A DNA stretch of 63,883 bases, counting the filler. It is 5 parts of 5 records of this genome, joined end to end, with 100 filler letters (N's around TTAATTAATTAA, not from the genome) between each part and the next. Parts side by side here need not be neighbours in the genome. Positions count along the whole stretch, not along the records: positions 58,776 to 63,883 come from SRR2962707_1139; 4 more parts are not named here. One strand, 5' to 3'. Made by a program: the position numbers and the translations under genes. Shown here piece by piece: positions 62,175-63,883 of the stretch. The notes below the pieces were generated by a model that saw only the letters and a list, made by a program, of their open reading frames with translations, made no database searches and had not been told where the DNA came from. Positions within the stretch are counted from its first letter, which is position 1; each line of letters begins with the position of its first letter.

Positions 62175-63883
62175 CCATCATCACCAGTTCGATGCTGCTG
62201 TTCCCAGAGCCTGGCGTAATGCCCCTTCTGGCCCAGCAGCTCGACGTGGTTGCCACTCTCGACAATACAGCCGCCGTCCATCACCAGAATGGTATCCGCA
62301 TCGCGCGTCGTCGACAGCCGATGAGCGATAACCAGGGAGGTGCGCTGGCGGCTGACTTCCTTCAAGGCCCCCAGAATCGCCTGTTCAGACAGCGAATCCA
62401 GAGAAGATGTGGCTTCGTCCAGAATCAATAACGGTGGGTTCTTGAGAAGTACCCGGGCAATGGCGACCCGCTGTTTCTCGCCGCCGGAAAGTTTCAGCCC
62501 CCGCTCACCAACCTGTGTGTTATAGCCATCGGGCAGGCTGTGGATAAACTGTTCCAGGTGCGCCATTCGGGCTGCCCGGTACACCTCTTCCTCGCTGGCA
62601 TCAGGCCGACCGTAAGCCAGGTTCCGAAAAAGCGTGTCGTTGAACAGCACCGTATCCTGGGGCACCACGCCAATGGCGGAACGCAGGCTGTCCTGGGTGA
62701 CCTCACGGATATCCTGACCATCGATGGTGATACTGCCCCGGTTCACATCGTAAAACCGGAAAAGCAGGCGGGCGAGGGTCGATTTCCCCGCGCCGCTGGC
62801 GCCCACGACGGCTACGGTGTGCCCAGCGGGAATTGAGAAACTCACGTTCCGGAGGATCTGACGGTTGGGACGATAACCAAAGTGAACCTGGTCGAAACGA
62901 ACCTCGCCTTTGTCCACCACCAACGCTTTGGCGTTCGGCGCGTCCTCAATGACCGGTTCGTCGCCGAGCAACCCGAACAGCCGTTCCACATTCACCAGCG
63001 CCTGGCGGATCTCCCGATACACGAACCCCAGTGCATTGAGCGGTATAAACAGCTGTAACAGGTAGGCATTAATCATGGTGAAATCCCCCAGGGTGATCTC
63101 ACCACTGGCGACTTCCTGCACTGCCATGGCCATGATGACGATCATCGCCACACCGATGATCAGGGCCTGGCCCGAGTTCAGGGCGGCCAGCGACAGCCGG
63201 TTTTTGAGCCGTGCCTGTTCCCAGTCATCCAGGTCCTTGTCGTAGAGCTCTGCCTCGAAGCGTTCGTTATTGAAATACTTTACGGTCTCGTAGTTGAGCA
63301 GGCTGTCGACTGCGCGGGAATTGGACTGGTTGTCCCGGGCATTGGCTTCGCGCACGTATTTCGTGCGCCACTCGGTCACCTTGATGGAAAACACCACATA
63401 CACCACCACCGCTACCAGGATCGCCAGCACATAGCCCACGTTGAACACCACGAAGAGAATACCGGCCACCATCAGGATTTCGAGGAGGGTGGGGACAATG
63501 TTGAAGAGGGTGAAACGCAGCAGGAAGCTAATGCCGTTGGTGCCCCGTTCAATGTCCCGGGCCAGTCCGCCGGTTTTCCGGTCCAGGTGAAAGGACAGCT
63601 CCCGGTTGTGCAGATGTTCGAAAACCCTCAGTGACACTCGTCGCATGGCCCGTTCCGCGACTCGGGCGAACACCGCGTCCCGCAATTCGCTGAACAGGGT
63701 GCTGCCAAATCGGAGCAGGCCGTAGGCGACGACCAGTATGACCGGTATCCACAGCAGTACCTCGCCGCCCTGATTTTCGTCCAGGTAGTCGACGATGTAT
63801 TTCAAGGCGACCGGTGTGGCGACCGTGGCCAGTTTGGAGAAGATCAGGAACCCCAGTGCCAGCATGACTCGACCACGGAATTC
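62159..63883 (-). CDS. Atm1/AtmA-type ABC exporter (TMD-NBD), 5'-truncated
   Basis: FHLDRKTGG, DSLLNYETVKYFNNE, GASGAGKST, LSGGEKQR, LDEATS; frame is open to the window end. Confidence 0.93.
   Translation of the reverse strand, partial: EFRGRVMLALGFLIFSKLATVATPVALKYIVDYLDENQGGEVLLWIPVILVVAYGLLRFGSTLFSELRDAVFARVAERAMRRVSLRVFEHLHNRELSFHLDRKTGGLARDIERGTNGISFLLRFTLFNIVPTLLEILMVAGILFVVFNVGYVLAILVAVVVYVVFSIKVTEWRTKYVREANARDNQSNSRAVDSLLNYETVKYFNNERFEAELYDKDLDDWEQARLKNRLSLAALNSGQALIIGVAMIVIMAMAVQEVASGEITLGDFTMINAYLLQLFIPLNALGFVYREIRQALVNVERLFGLLGDEPVIEDAPNAKALVVDKGEVRFDQVHFGYRPNRQILRNVSFSIPAGHTVAVVGASGAGKSTLARLLFRFYDVNRGSITIDGQDIREVTQDSLRSAIGVVPQDTVLFNDTLFRNLAYGRPDASEEEVYRAARMAHLEQFIHSLPDGYNTQVGERGLKLSGGEKQRVAIARVLLKNPPLLILDEATSSLDSLSEQAILGALKEVSRQRTSLVIAHRLSTTRDADTILVMDGGCIVESGNHVELLGQKGHYARLWEQQHRTGDDGQASP

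Overview
This window is not one locus. It holds five unrelated contigs joined by 100-nt N spacers, each carrying the all-frame-stop linker TTAATTAATTAA. (A) 1-28750: GC-rich gammaproteobacterial DNA (Alcanivoracaceae-like by gene content; inference). It carries gcdH plus a CoA-transferase, many regulator/target pairs, a PtsJ-controlled yggS-GATase-orf operon with a clear operator, sitABCD, a FAN1-like nuclease plus DinG-family helicase, a PaaX/crotonase/CoA-ligase cluster and a tetrahaem TsdBA fusion. (B) 28851-44608: intron-rich eukaryotic (protist-like) DNA with two convergent multi-domain genes. (C) 44709-51556: alphaproteobacterial general-stress-response island with ecfG, a pseudo-receiver, Crp/Fnr, a CHASE3-HisKA_2 kinase, DAGK, DUF883, DUF3309, three GGAAC-N16/17-CGTT promoters and a candidate structured sRNA, followed by transglutaminase/alpha-E genes. 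(D) 51657-58675: eukaryotic DNA with an oligopeptidase B-like gene carrying an inserted WW domain and a PH/acidic/RG-rich gene with a GC-AG intron. (E) 58776-63883: Marinobacter-like DNA (inference) with a tRNA-Pro 3' end, a Pho-box-preceded membrane-anchored beta-helix protein, a BCCT carrier and an Atm1-type ABC exporter. Best candidates for undescribed systems: the PtsJ-YggS-GATase vitamin B6 module, the candidate sRNA in the EcfG island, an unannotated 44-aa membrane peptide with a structured leader, the Pho-box beta-helix/BCCT pair, and the unusual protist domain architectures. All family assignments come from motif recognition by eye; no database searches were run.
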